A stretch of DNA of 64,000 bases from contig CAVSGM010000003.1 of assembly GCA_963727485.1 (NCBI GenBank), positions 128,001 through 192,000 of the forward strand, in the 5' to 3' direction. The notes below the pieces were generated by a model. The model was not told the DNA's origin, did no database searches, and was given only the letters and a program-made list of their open reading frames with translations. This document shows, one piece after another, positions 1 to 8,690 of the stretch (within the stretch, counting starts at the first letter, position 1; every line of letters begins with the position of its first letter). The DNA comes from an uncultured delta proteobacterium. GTDB taxonomy: Bacteria; Myxococcota; Myxococcia; SLRQ01. The position numbers and the translations under genes are program-made.

Positions 1-734
<734 letters not shown>

Positions 735-746
735 GGCCGGGCGTCG

Positions 747-1727
747 ATGGAGGGCGGGAGCAAGAAGGCGGTCCTCGCCGCCTTCGGGGCGAACCTCGGC
801 ATCGCCGTGGCCAAGCTCACCGGCTTCGCCTTCACCGGCGCCGCCTCGATGCTCGCCGAGGGCATCCACTCGGTGGCCGACACCGCCAACCAGGCGCTGC
901 TCCTCCTCGGGAGCCGCCGGGCGCGCCACGCCGCCACCCCCGACCACCCCTTCGGCTTCGGCCGCGAGCGCTTCTTCTGGGCCTTCGTGGTGGCGCTGGT
1001 GCTCTTCAGCATGGGCGGGCTCTTCGCGCTGACCGAGGGCATCGAGAAGCTGCGCCACCCCCACTCCCTGGAGTCGCCGGGGTGGGCGGTGGCCATCCTG
1101 GTCCTCGCGGTGTTCCTCGAGGGGTGGAGCTTTCGCACCGCGGTCAAGGAGTCGCAGAGCCACCGGCCCGGCTGGGGCTTCTGGTCGTTCATCCGCCGGG
1201 GGAAGGTGCCCGAGCTGCTGGTGGTGATGCTCGAGGACCTCGGGGCCCTCATCGGGCTGGCGTTTGCCCTGGCCGGGGTGGGGCTGGTGATGATCACCGG
1301 CGACGCCCGCTTCGACGCCATCGGCAGCATCGCCATCGGCGCGCTCCTGTGCGCCATCGCCTTCGTGCTCGCCCGGGAGATGAAGAGCCTGCTCATCGGC
1401 GAGTCGGCCAGCGAGGAGGTGGTGGCCCGGATCCGCGGGGCCATCGAGGGTCACCCGCAGGTCGAGCGGCTCATCCACCTGCGCACCGAGCACCTGGGGC
1501 CCGAGGAGCTGCTGGTGGGCGCCAAGGTCGAGCTCGACGGCGCGCTCACCTTCGACGAGGTGGCGAAGGCCATCGACTCGGTGGAGGTGGCGATGCGCCA
1601 GGCGGCGCCGTCGGCGAAGGTCATCTACCTCGAGCCCGACGTGTTTCGGCCCGAACGGTCCCCGGCGGCCGGTGCGGCGGCGGGCGGAGAGGTCGCCTCC
1701 GAGCCCCGGGTCACGGCTGGCAGCTGA
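747..1727 (+). CDS. Cation diffusion facilitator family transporter
   Basis: AEGIHSVADTANQ and HPFGFGRE motifs, about 6 TM helices, C-terminal cytoplasmic domain. Confidence 0.9.
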   Translation: MEGGSKKAVLAAFGANLGIAVAKLTGFAFTGAASMLAEGIHSVADTANQALLLLGSRRARHAATPDHPFGFGRERFFWAFVVALVLFSMGGLFALTEGIEKLRHPHSLESPGWAVAILVLAVFLEGWSFRTAVKESQSHRPGWGFWSFIRRGKVPELLVVMLEDLGALIGLAFALAGVGLVMITGDARFDAIGSIAIGALLCAIAFVLAREMKSLLIGESASEEVVARIRGAIEGHPQVERLIHLRTEHLGPEELLVGAKVELDGALTFDEVAKAIDSVEVAMRQAAPSAKVIYLEPDVFRPERSPAAGAAAGGEVASEPRVTAGS

Positions 1728-2490
1728 CCGGGGCGTCGTCGGCGGAGGTCCCCAGCTTCAGGGTGGCCGTCGCCGGGACGTCGGGGTCGGTGACGGTGAC
1801 GGTCACCGGCTGACCCAGGGTCCCCGCCGGCAGGATGCTCAGGGCGTTGGCCCGGATCCCCTCGCCCACCAGCGGGCTGTCGAAGGCGACCGCGTCGGGC
1901 CCGTCGGCGGTCAGCGGCAGCAGGCCCACCATGGCCTTCCCGTGGGCGTCGGTGGGGACCGCGAAGACCGTGAGGCGCTGGTTGGCGTGGAGGACGAAGT
2001 CCGCGAGGCCGGTGGTGGCGCTGGTCGCCTCGGTACACTTCGGCCCCTGGGTGAGGACGCCGAAGCGCTGGGACAGCCGGAGCCCGTGGACGTCCTCGGC
2101 GGTCATCGACAGGTGGTCGAGCTCGGTGCCGTGGTCGAGGGCCACCAGGTCGTAGGTCCCCGGCGACGGGAGCACCACCGCGAACTGGCCGAAGCCCATG
2201 GGCGAGACGGCGCCGGCGTCGTGGCCGCCCTGGCGCACCGCCAGGGTGAGGCCGGTGTCGGTGGACTGGTCCGCCGGCGCCTGGAGGGCCACCAGGAGCG
2301 TGGCGCCCACCGCCACCGGGGCGGCGAAGTCGTTGGTGTCCGCGTAGTCGAGGACCTGGGAGAAGCGGACCTTCCCGGTGGCGCCGACCTGGCCGTCGGA
2401 GTGGCAGCCGGCGAGGGCGACGAGGCAGACGGCGGGCAGGATGGTGGCGAGGCGCGGGGCCCGGCGGGCGAGGCGATGGGGGGCGTGCAT
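1711..2490 (-). CDS. Hypothetical lipoprotein
   Basis: AAGGAGGAG RBS before ATG 2490; signal peptide with lipobox LALAGC-like (VALAGC); beta-rich body. Confidence 0.7.
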   Translation of the reverse strand: MHAPHRLARRAPRLATILPAVCLVALAGCHSDGQVGATGKVRFSQVLDYADTNDFAAPVAVGATLLVALQAPADQSTDTGLTLAVRQGGHDAGAVSPMGFGQFAVVLPSPGTYDLVALDHGTELDHLSMTAEDVHGLRLSQRFGVLTQGPKCTEATSATTGLADFVLHANQRLTVFAVPTDAHGKAMVGLLPLTADGPDAVAFDSPLVGEGIRANALSILPAGTLGQPVTVTVTDPDVPATATLKLGTSADDAPVSCQP

Positions 2491-2520
2491 GTTCTCCTCC
2501 TTGGAAGCACCCCGGAGGGG

Positions 2521-2537
2521 AGCAACGGGCGTACCGG
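2521..2537 (-). promoter_or_regulatory. Sigma-54 (-24/-12) promoter candidate
   Basis: CCGGTACGCCCGTTGCT: GG-N10-GC, about 30 nt upstream of the lipoprotein start. Confidence 0.55.
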
Positions 2538-2620
2538 TGCCGCCATGGTACACAACCGCCCGGGATCAGGCGCGGTCGCCCACCGCGGCACAGGCCGGCC
2601 GGGGCAGGGGAGACAGGCCC

Positions 2621-2638
2621 TGTGCACCCCCTTGCACA
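2621..2638. promoter_or_regulatory. Palindrome, possible enhancer-binding-protein site
   Basis: TGTGCA-N6-TGCACA about 85-100 nt upstream of the sigma-54 motif. Confidence 0.35.
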
Positions 2639-2667
2639 AGAGGCGCACGGGCCCGCCCCCCGGCGCT

Positions 2668-2934
2668 CTAGCGGGCCTCGGTGGCCTGCTCGGCCTCGAT
2701 CTCGGCGATCACCTGGCCGGGGCGCACCGCGGTGTCCACCGGGGCCAGGACCTTGGCCAGGCGTCCGGTCGCCGGGGCCTCGATCTCGAAGCTCACCTTC
2801 TCGATCATGCCCTCGGCGATCACCGCGCCCTGCTTCACCCGGTCGCCCTCCTCGGCGAACCAGTTGGTGATCGCGCCGTCCTGGTCCTTGTCGTCGCCCC
2901 AGACGTCGGGGACCACCACCTTCACCGTGGCCAT
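2668..2934 (-). CDS. Stand-alone lipoyl/biotinyl domain protein
   Basis: 88 aa; W..EEGDRV..G..IAE...EKV..EIEAP..G.L lipoyl fold with attachment Lys. Confidence 0.85.
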   Translation of the reverse strand: MATVKVVVPDVWGDDKDQDGAITNWFAEEGDRVKQGAVIAEGMIEKVSFEIEAPATGRLAKVLAPVDTAVRPGQVIAEIEAEQATEAR

Positions 2935-2947
2935 GACGGGCTCCCGG

Positions 2948-3955
2948 TCAGCGGGTGATCGAGGCGGCCGCCTCGACGATGCGCTGGGTGGAGGGGATGA
3001 CGAACTGCTCCAGGGGCCGGCTGTAGGGGATGGGGACGTCGGGGACCGCCAGGCGCTTGATGGGCGCCCGGAGGAGCCCGGGATCCTTCTCCACCACGGT
3101 GGCGGCGATCTCGCCGGTGAGCCCGAAGCTCTGGTAGTCCTCGTCGACGATCACCAGGTGGCCGGTCTTGGCCACCGACTCCAGCACCGTCTCCCGGTCC
3201 AGCGGCACCAACGTCCGCAGGTCGATGACCTCGGCGCTGATCCCGTCCTTGTCGAGCTGCGCCGCCGCCTCCATGGCCCGGTGGACCATGAGGCCCGCGG
3301 CCACCAGGGTGACGTCGGTCCCCTCGCGCTTCACGGCGGCCTTCCCGAAGGGCACCGCGTAGTCCTCCTCGGGGACGTGGGTCGACGCCGTGGCCGGCGA
3401 GGTCATCCACCCCAGGCCCATCAGGCCCTTGTGGAAGAAGTAGGCCACCGGGTTGTCGTCGCGGATCGCCGAGATCATCATCCCCTTGGCGTCGTGGGCG
3501 TTGGACGGCACCACCACCTTGAGCCCGGGCACGTGGGCGAAGACCCCGTAGAGGGTCTGGGAGTGCTGGGCGGCGTCGCTGTAGCCGCCTCCGTAGGCGG
3601 TGGTGAGCACCACCGGCAGGTGCACCGCCCCGCCGCTCATGTAGGTGTTCTTCGCCAGCTGGTTGTAGATCTGGTCGAAGCAGACCCCGAAGAAGTCCAC
3701 GAACATCAGCTCCACGATGGGGCGCATCCCCTCGGCCGCGGCCCCGATGGCGGCGCCGATGAACGCCGTCTCGGAGATCGGGGTGTCGCGGATGCGCTCC
3801 TTGCCGAACTTCTCCAAGAGCCCGGTGGTGGAGCTGAAGATCCCCCCGTACTTGCCCACGTCCTCGCCCAGGTAGAAGACGCTCGGGTCCCGGTTCATCT
3901 CGTGCTCGATGGCCTCCACCATCGCGCGACTCATCGAAAGCTTGCGCTCAGTCAT
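2948..3955 (-). CDS. 2-oxoacid/acetoin dehydrogenase E1 beta subunit
   Basis: GEDVG..GG, DTPISE, QHSQ and EVIDLRTL.PLD motifs. Confidence 0.92.
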   Translation of the reverse strand: MTERKLSMSRAMVEAIEHEMNRDPSVFYLGEDVGKYGGIFSSTTGLLEKFGKERIRDTPISETAFIGAAIGAAAEGMRPIVELMFVDFFGVCFDQIYNQLAKNTYMSGGAVHLPVVLTTAYGGGYSDAAQHSQTLYGVFAHVPGLKVVVPSNAHDAKGMMISAIRDDNPVAYFFHKGLMGLGWMTSPATASTHVPEEDYAVPFGKAAVKREGTDVTLVAAGLMVHRAMEAAAQLDKDGISAEVIDLRTLVPLDRETVLESVAKTGHLVIVDEDYQSFGLTGEIAATVVEKDPGLLRAPIKRLAVPDVPIPYSRPLEQFVIPSTQRIVEAAASITR

Positions 3956-3963
3956 GGCTCACC

Positions 3964-4950
3964 TCACACGAAGACGTTGCGGAGCGCCTCGTGGGGCTCC
4001 GGGTAGGGGCTCTTCCGCGCGAACTCGAAGGCCTCGTCCAGCTCGGCCTCCACGCTCGCCTTCAGCTCGGTGTCGGCGTCGTCGTCCAGGAAGCCCGCCT
4101 CGAGGAGCTGGCGGCGCAGCTTCTCGATGGGGTCCTTCTTCTTGAGCTCGCTCACCTCGGTCTTGGGGCGGTAGAGCTCCGGGTCGCCCTGGAAGTGGCC
4201 GAAGTAGCGGTAGGTGTGCACCTCGATGAGGGACGGCCCCTCCCCGGCGCGCGCCCGCTCCACCGCGGTCCCGGCGATCTCGTAGAGGGCGATGGGATCG
4301 TTCTCGGGGACGTAGCTCCCCGGGATGCCGTAGGCGCCCGCCCGGTCGGCGTTGGACTGCACCGCGGTGGCCACCCGCTTGGGGACCGAGATCGCCCAGT
4401 CGTTGTCCTCGAGGACGAAGATCACCGGCAGGTGCCACAGGGCCGCGAGGTTGAGCGACTCGTGGAAGGCGCCCTGGTTGGCGGCGCCCTCGCCGGCGAA
4501 GGCCACGGCCACCGTGTCCCTCTTCTGCAGCTTCGCCGCGAGGCCCGCGCCCACCGCCGGCGGCAGCCCCGAGGCGATGATGCCCGAGCACGAGAAGTGC
4601 ACCTTGGGGTCGAACAGGTGCATGTGCCCGCCCTTGCCCTGGCCGAGGCCGGTGCGCTTGCCGAAGATCTCCGCGGTCATCTTCTTGAGGTCGACGTCCT
4701 TGGCGATGGCGAAGTGGTGCGGCCGGTGCGGCGCGGTCACCGTGTCGTCGGGGCGCAGGTGGCCGATGACGCCGACGGCGACGGGCTCCTGGCCGGCGGC
4801 GAGGTGCATCTCCCCGGGCACCGGCCCGAAGCCGATGTCGAAGCGCGGGCTCTTGCCCTCGTTGTAGGCCTCGGCCATGCGCTCCTCGTAGCGACGGATG
4901 AGCTGCATCTTGCGGTACATCCACAAGCGCTTCTCCCGGTTCGGCTCCAT
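3964..4950 (-). CDS. 2-oxoacid/acetoin dehydrogenase E1 alpha subunit (TPP-dependent)
   Basis: HL..GQE, GKGGHMH, GEGAANQG.FHESLN TPP motif, TYRY.GH; start taken at ATG 4950. Confidence 0.92.
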   Translation of the reverse strand: MEPNREKRLWMYRKMQLIRRYEERMAEAYNEGKSPRFDIGFGPVPGEMHLAAGQEPVAVGVIGHLRPDDTVTAPHRPHHFAIAKDVDLKKMTAEIFGKRTGLGQGKGGHMHLFDPKVHFSCSGIIASGLPPAVGAGLAAKLQKRDTVAVAFAGEGAANQGAFHESLNLAALWHLPVIFVLEDNDWAISVPKRVATAVQSNADRAGAYGIPGSYVPENDPIALYEIAGTAVERARAGEGPSLIEVHTYRYFGHFQGDPELYRPKTEVSELKKKDPIEKLRRQLLEAGFLDDDADTELKASVEAELDEAFEFARKSPYPEPHEALRNVFV

Positions 4951-5149
4951 GGTGGCTGCTCCTTCGGGCGCACCTCGACCGTGGCGGTCGTTCGTCGTGA
5001 GGCGAGCGACCGGGGCGGCCCCCTGGCGTCCCGCGCTGGCCCGATGACCGGGCCGTGTTCCCCAAGCGTACGGCGACGGAGATAGGGACGACGGGGGGGC
5101 GAGACAATGGCCCATCGCGCCGGGTCGCGCGGAGGGCTAGGATCGCCCC

Positions 5150-6766
5150 ATGGGAGATGGGCAGGACGCACGGAGCCACTGGGGGTGGGGCCTCACGGGC
5201 CGCTTCCCCAATCGCGAGGCGCGGATCGCCATGGGCCGGCAGGTGGCGGCGCTCCTCGGCGCCGAGCCCTTCGAGGCGAGGGACCCGGTGCCCCTCGCCG
5301 AGGCCCGGCTCCCGGCGCCGCGGATCGCGGTGCCCGGGGCGCTCGCGGACCTCGCCGACGTCACCCCCTTCGCCCGCGCCGGCCACACCTACGGGAAGGG
5401 CTACCCGGATCTCCTCCGGGGCTTCGAGGGCGAGTTCGCCCACGCCCCCGACGCGGTGGTGGTCCCCCGGGCCGAGGACGACCTCTCGCGGATCCTCGAG
5501 TGGGCCGCCGGGGCCAAGGTCGCGGTGGTCCCCTATGGCGGCGGCTCCAGCGTGGTCGCCGGGGTCGAGTGCGACGTCGGCGACCGCTTCGCCGGGGCGG
5601 TGAGCCTGGACCTTCGCGCCTTCGACCGGGTCCTCGAGGCCGACGACGTCTCGCGCACCGCGCGGATCCAGGCCGGCGCCACCGGCCCGCACCTCGAGGC
5701 CCAGCTCCAGGGGACCGGGCTCACCCTGCGCCACTTCCCCCAGAGCTTCGAGCACTCGACGCTTGGCGGCTGGATCGCCACCCGCGCCGCCGGCCACTAC
5801 GCCACCGGGCCCACCCACATCGACGACCGGGTGGCGAGCGTGCGGATGGTCACCCCCACCGGTGTCTGGGCGAGCCGGCGCCTCCCGGGCTCGGGCGCCG
5901 GGCCCTCGCCGGACCGGCTGGTCCTCGGCTCCGAGGGGATCCTCGGGGTCATCACCGAGGCCTGGGTGCGCCTGGTGCCGCGGCCCACCTTCCGCGCCTC
6001 GGCGAGCGTGCGCTTCGCCGACTTCCACCCCGCCGCCGAGGCGGTGCGGGCCCTCACCCAGTCGGGCCTCCAGCCGGCCAACTGCCGGCTCCTCGACAGC
6101 CGGGAGGCGATGATCAACGGCGTGGCCTCGGGCGGGAAGGCGGTGCTCCTCCTGGGCTTCGAGTCCGCGGATCACCCGGTGGACGGGTTGCTCGCCCGGG
6201 CTCTCGAGCTCGCCGGGGATCACGGGGGCGAGGTCGACCCGAAGGCGGCCCGGAAGCAGGGCCCCGGCAAGGAGAAGGCGAACAAGCGCGACGAGGCCTC
6301 GACCTGGCGCGACGCCTTCCTCGCCGCCCCCTACCTGTTCAACACCCTGGTGAGCCTCGGCGTCATCGTCGACACCTTCGAGACCGCCTGCCCCTGGGAC
6401 CGCTTCCCCGCGCTCCACGCCGGCGTCATCCACGCCATGAAGGACGCGATGAAGCGGGTCACCGGCGGGGGCCTCGTCACCTGCCGCTTCACCCACGCCT
6501 ACCCCGACGGGGTGGCGCCCTACTTCACCTTCGTGGCCCCAGGAAGCCCCGGGAGCCAGCTCGCCCAGTGGACCGAGCTCAAGGCGGCGGCGAGCGAGGC
6601 GGTGCTCACCCACGGCGGCACCATCGCCCACCACCACGCGGTGGGGCGCCGCCACCGCCCCTGGTACGACCGCCAGCGTCCCGCACCCTTCGCCGCGGCC
6701 CTCAAGGCGGCCAAGGGCGCGGTGGACCCGGCGGGGATCCTCAACCCCGGGGTCCTGGTCGACTGA
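5150..6766 (+). CDS. FAD-binding oxidoreductase, alkyl-DHAP synthase-like
   Basis: PYGGGSSV, HFPQSFEHSTLGGWIATR, GSEG.LG.ITE, HHHAVG, DP.GILNPG. Confidence 0.85.
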   Translation: MGDGQDARSHWGWGLTGRFPNREARIAMGRQVAALLGAEPFEARDPVPLAEARLPAPRIAVPGALADLADVTPFARAGHTYGKGYPDLLRGFEGEFAHAPDAVVVPRAEDDLSRILEWAAGAKVAVVPYGGGSSVVAGVECDVGDRFAGAVSLDLRAFDRVLEADDVSRTARIQAGATGPHLEAQLQGTGLTLRHFPQSFEHSTLGGWIATRAAGHYATGPTHIDDRVASVRMVTPTGVWASRRLPGSGAGPSPDRLVLGSEGILGVITEAWVRLVPRPTFRASASVRFADFHPAAEAVRALTQSGLQPANCRLLDSREAMINGVASGGKAVLLLGFESADHPVDGLLARALELAGDHGGEVDPKAARKQGPGKEKANKRDEASTWRDAFLAAPYLFNTLVSLGVIVDTFETACPWDRFPALHAGVIHAMKDAMKRVTGGGLVTCRFTHAYPDGVAPYFTFVAPGSPGSQLAQWTELKAAASEAVLTHGGTIAHHHAVGRRHRPWYDRQRPAPFAAALKAAKGAVDPAGILNPGVLVD

Positions 6767-6797
6767 AGGTGGGGCCGGGGGATAGACCATCCCCATC

Positions 6798-7658
6798 ATG
6801 AAGACACTCGACGGGAAGGTGATGGTGGTCACCGGCGCCAGCCGGGGCCTGGGCCGGGCGATCGCCGAGGCGGCCGCCCGGGAGGGCGCCAAGGTGGTCC
6901 TCACCGCGCGCACCGCCTCCAAGCTCGAGGAGGTCGTCGCCGGGATCACCGCCGCCGGCGGCGAGGCGGTGAGCGTCCCCTGCGACGTGGCGGACCTCGA
7001 GGCCGTCCGGGGCGTGGCGCGGCTCGCCCTCGAGCGCCTCGGCGCCCTGGACGTCTGGGTGAACAACGCGGGCACCAGCGCCACCTACGGCCCCATGGTC
7101 GACATCGACGTCGCCGCCTTCGACCGGGTCATCGACACCAACATCCGCGGCACCTACTACGGCACCGTCACCGCCCTGCGGCACTTCGCCGAGGTCGGCC
7201 GCGGGAAGCTCATCAACCTCTACGGCCGCGGCGACGATCGCCCGGTGCCGATGCAGGCCCCCTACACCGCCAGCAAGGCCTGGGTGCAGTCGTTCACCCG
7301 CTCGGTCGCCAAGGAGGCCGAGGGCAAGGGCTACGAGGTGATGGCCATCAACCCGGGCCTCACCGACACCGACATGCTCCGGCGCATCGACGTGGTCGAA
7401 GGCTTCGAGCAGAAGGTCACGCCGCTGGCCACGGTGATCCAGATCTGGGGCCACCCGCCCGAGGTCCCGGCGGCGAAGGTGGTGTGGATGGCCTCGGGCG
7501 CCACCGACGGGAAGAACGGCCTGGAGGTGCGGGTGCTCTCCCGGTCGAAGATGCTCGGCGGGGCCCTGGGGTGGCTCGGCCGCAAGGTCACCGGCCGCCT
7601 CGGGGAGAAGCCGACCCTCGAGGTGCACCCGAAGCCCGCCGCCACCGGCAAGGGCTAG
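6798..7658 (+). CDS. SDR family oxidoreductase
   Basis: TGASRGLG, NNAG, YTASK motifs. Confidence 0.9.
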   Translation: MKTLDGKVMVVTGASRGLGRAIAEAAAREGAKVVLTARTASKLEEVVAGITAAGGEAVSVPCDVADLEAVRGVARLALERLGALDVWVNNAGTSATYGPMVDIDVAAFDRVIDTNIRGTYYGTVTALRHFAEVGRGKLINLYGRGDDRPVPMQAPYTASKAWVQSFTRSVAKEAEGKGYEVMAINPGLTDTDMLRRIDVVEGFEQKVTPLATVIQIWGHPPEVPAAKVVWMASGATDGKNGLEVRVLSRSKMLGGALGWLGRKVTGRLGEKPTLEVHPKPAATGKG

Positions 7659-7676
7659 GCGGTCGCCCGAGGTCGG

Positions 7677-8681
7677 CTACTGGTAGATCTCGGGCTTGGG
7701 ATCCCGGGTCATCAGCTCGACCACCGCCTGCTTCGGCGACAGGTCCTCGTAGAGCACCTGGTAGACCACGTCGGTGATCGGGGCGCTGGCACCCATCTTC
7801 GCCGCCAGGTCGTGGGCGCTCTTGGCGGTCTTCACGCCCTCGGCGACCATCCCCAGGTCCTCGAGGATCTGCGGCAGCTTCTTGCCCTTGCCCAGCTCCA
7901 CGCCCACGGTGCGGTTCCGGGACAGCGAGCCGGTGCAGGTCAGCAGCAAGTCGCCCATCCCCGCCAGCCCCATGAAGGTCAGCGGGTTGGCGCCCTTGGC
8001 GACCCCCATCCGCGAGATCTCCGCCAGCCCCCGGGTGATGAGCGCCGCCCGGGCGTTGTGGCCGAAGCCCAGCCCGTCGGCGATCCCCGAGGCGATGGCG
8101 ATGACGTTCTTCAGGGCCCCGCCGAGCTCCACGCCCATGACGTCGTTGGTGGTGTAGCTGCGGAAGTAGGGGGCGGAGAACAGCCCCTGGACGTCCCGGG
8201 CGATCTTGGGCCAGTAGGCGGCGATGGTCACCGCCGTGGGCTGCTGGCCGCAGACCTCCTTGGCGAAGCTCGGCCCCGAGAGGAACGAGAGGTAGGGCTG
8301 GTGCTGCTCGGGGAGGACGTCCTCGAGGATCTCCGCCACCGTCATCAGGGACTCGTTCTCGATCCCCTTGGAGGCGGCGATGAGCGGCGCCTGCGACGGC
8401 AGGGCCGCGGCGGCCTCGCCGAGCACCGGGCGGATCGCCGGGGTGGGCACGGCGATGACCACCGCCTCGGCGCCCTCGAGGCTCGCCGCCAGGTCGGTGG
8501 TGGCGGTGAGCGAGTCGGGCAGGGTGTGCCCCTTGAGGTAGCGGGTGTTCTCGTGCCCCGACCGGATGTCCTCGGCGAGGCGGGCGTCGCGCAGCCACAC
8601 GGTCACCTCGTGACCCTGGCGCGCCAGCAGATCGGCGAGCGCGGTCCCCCAGGACCCGCCCCCGAGAACGGAAATGGCCAT
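7677..8681 (-). CDS. gpsA: NAD(P)H-dependent glycerol-3-phosphate dehydrogenase
   Basis: GGGSWGTALA, SKGIE, LSGPSFA, GGALKNVIAIA, GDL.LTC...SRNR. Confidence 0.96.
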   Translation of the reverse strand: MAISVLGGGSWGTALADLLARQGHEVTVWLRDARLAEDIRSGHENTRYLKGHTLPDSLTATTDLAASLEGAEAVVIAVPTPAIRPVLGEAAAALPSQAPLIAASKGIENESLMTVAEILEDVLPEQHQPYLSFLSGPSFAKEVCGQQPTAVTIAAYWPKIARDVQGLFSAPYFRSYTTNDVMGVELGGALKNVIAIASGIADGLGFGHNARAALITRGLAEISRMGVAKGANPLTFMGLAGMGDLLLTCTGSLSRNRTVGVELGKGKKLPQILEDLGMVAEGVKTAKSAHDLAAKMGASAPITDVVYQVLYEDLSPKQAVVELMTRDPKPEIYQ

Positions 8682-8690
8682 GCCCCGACT

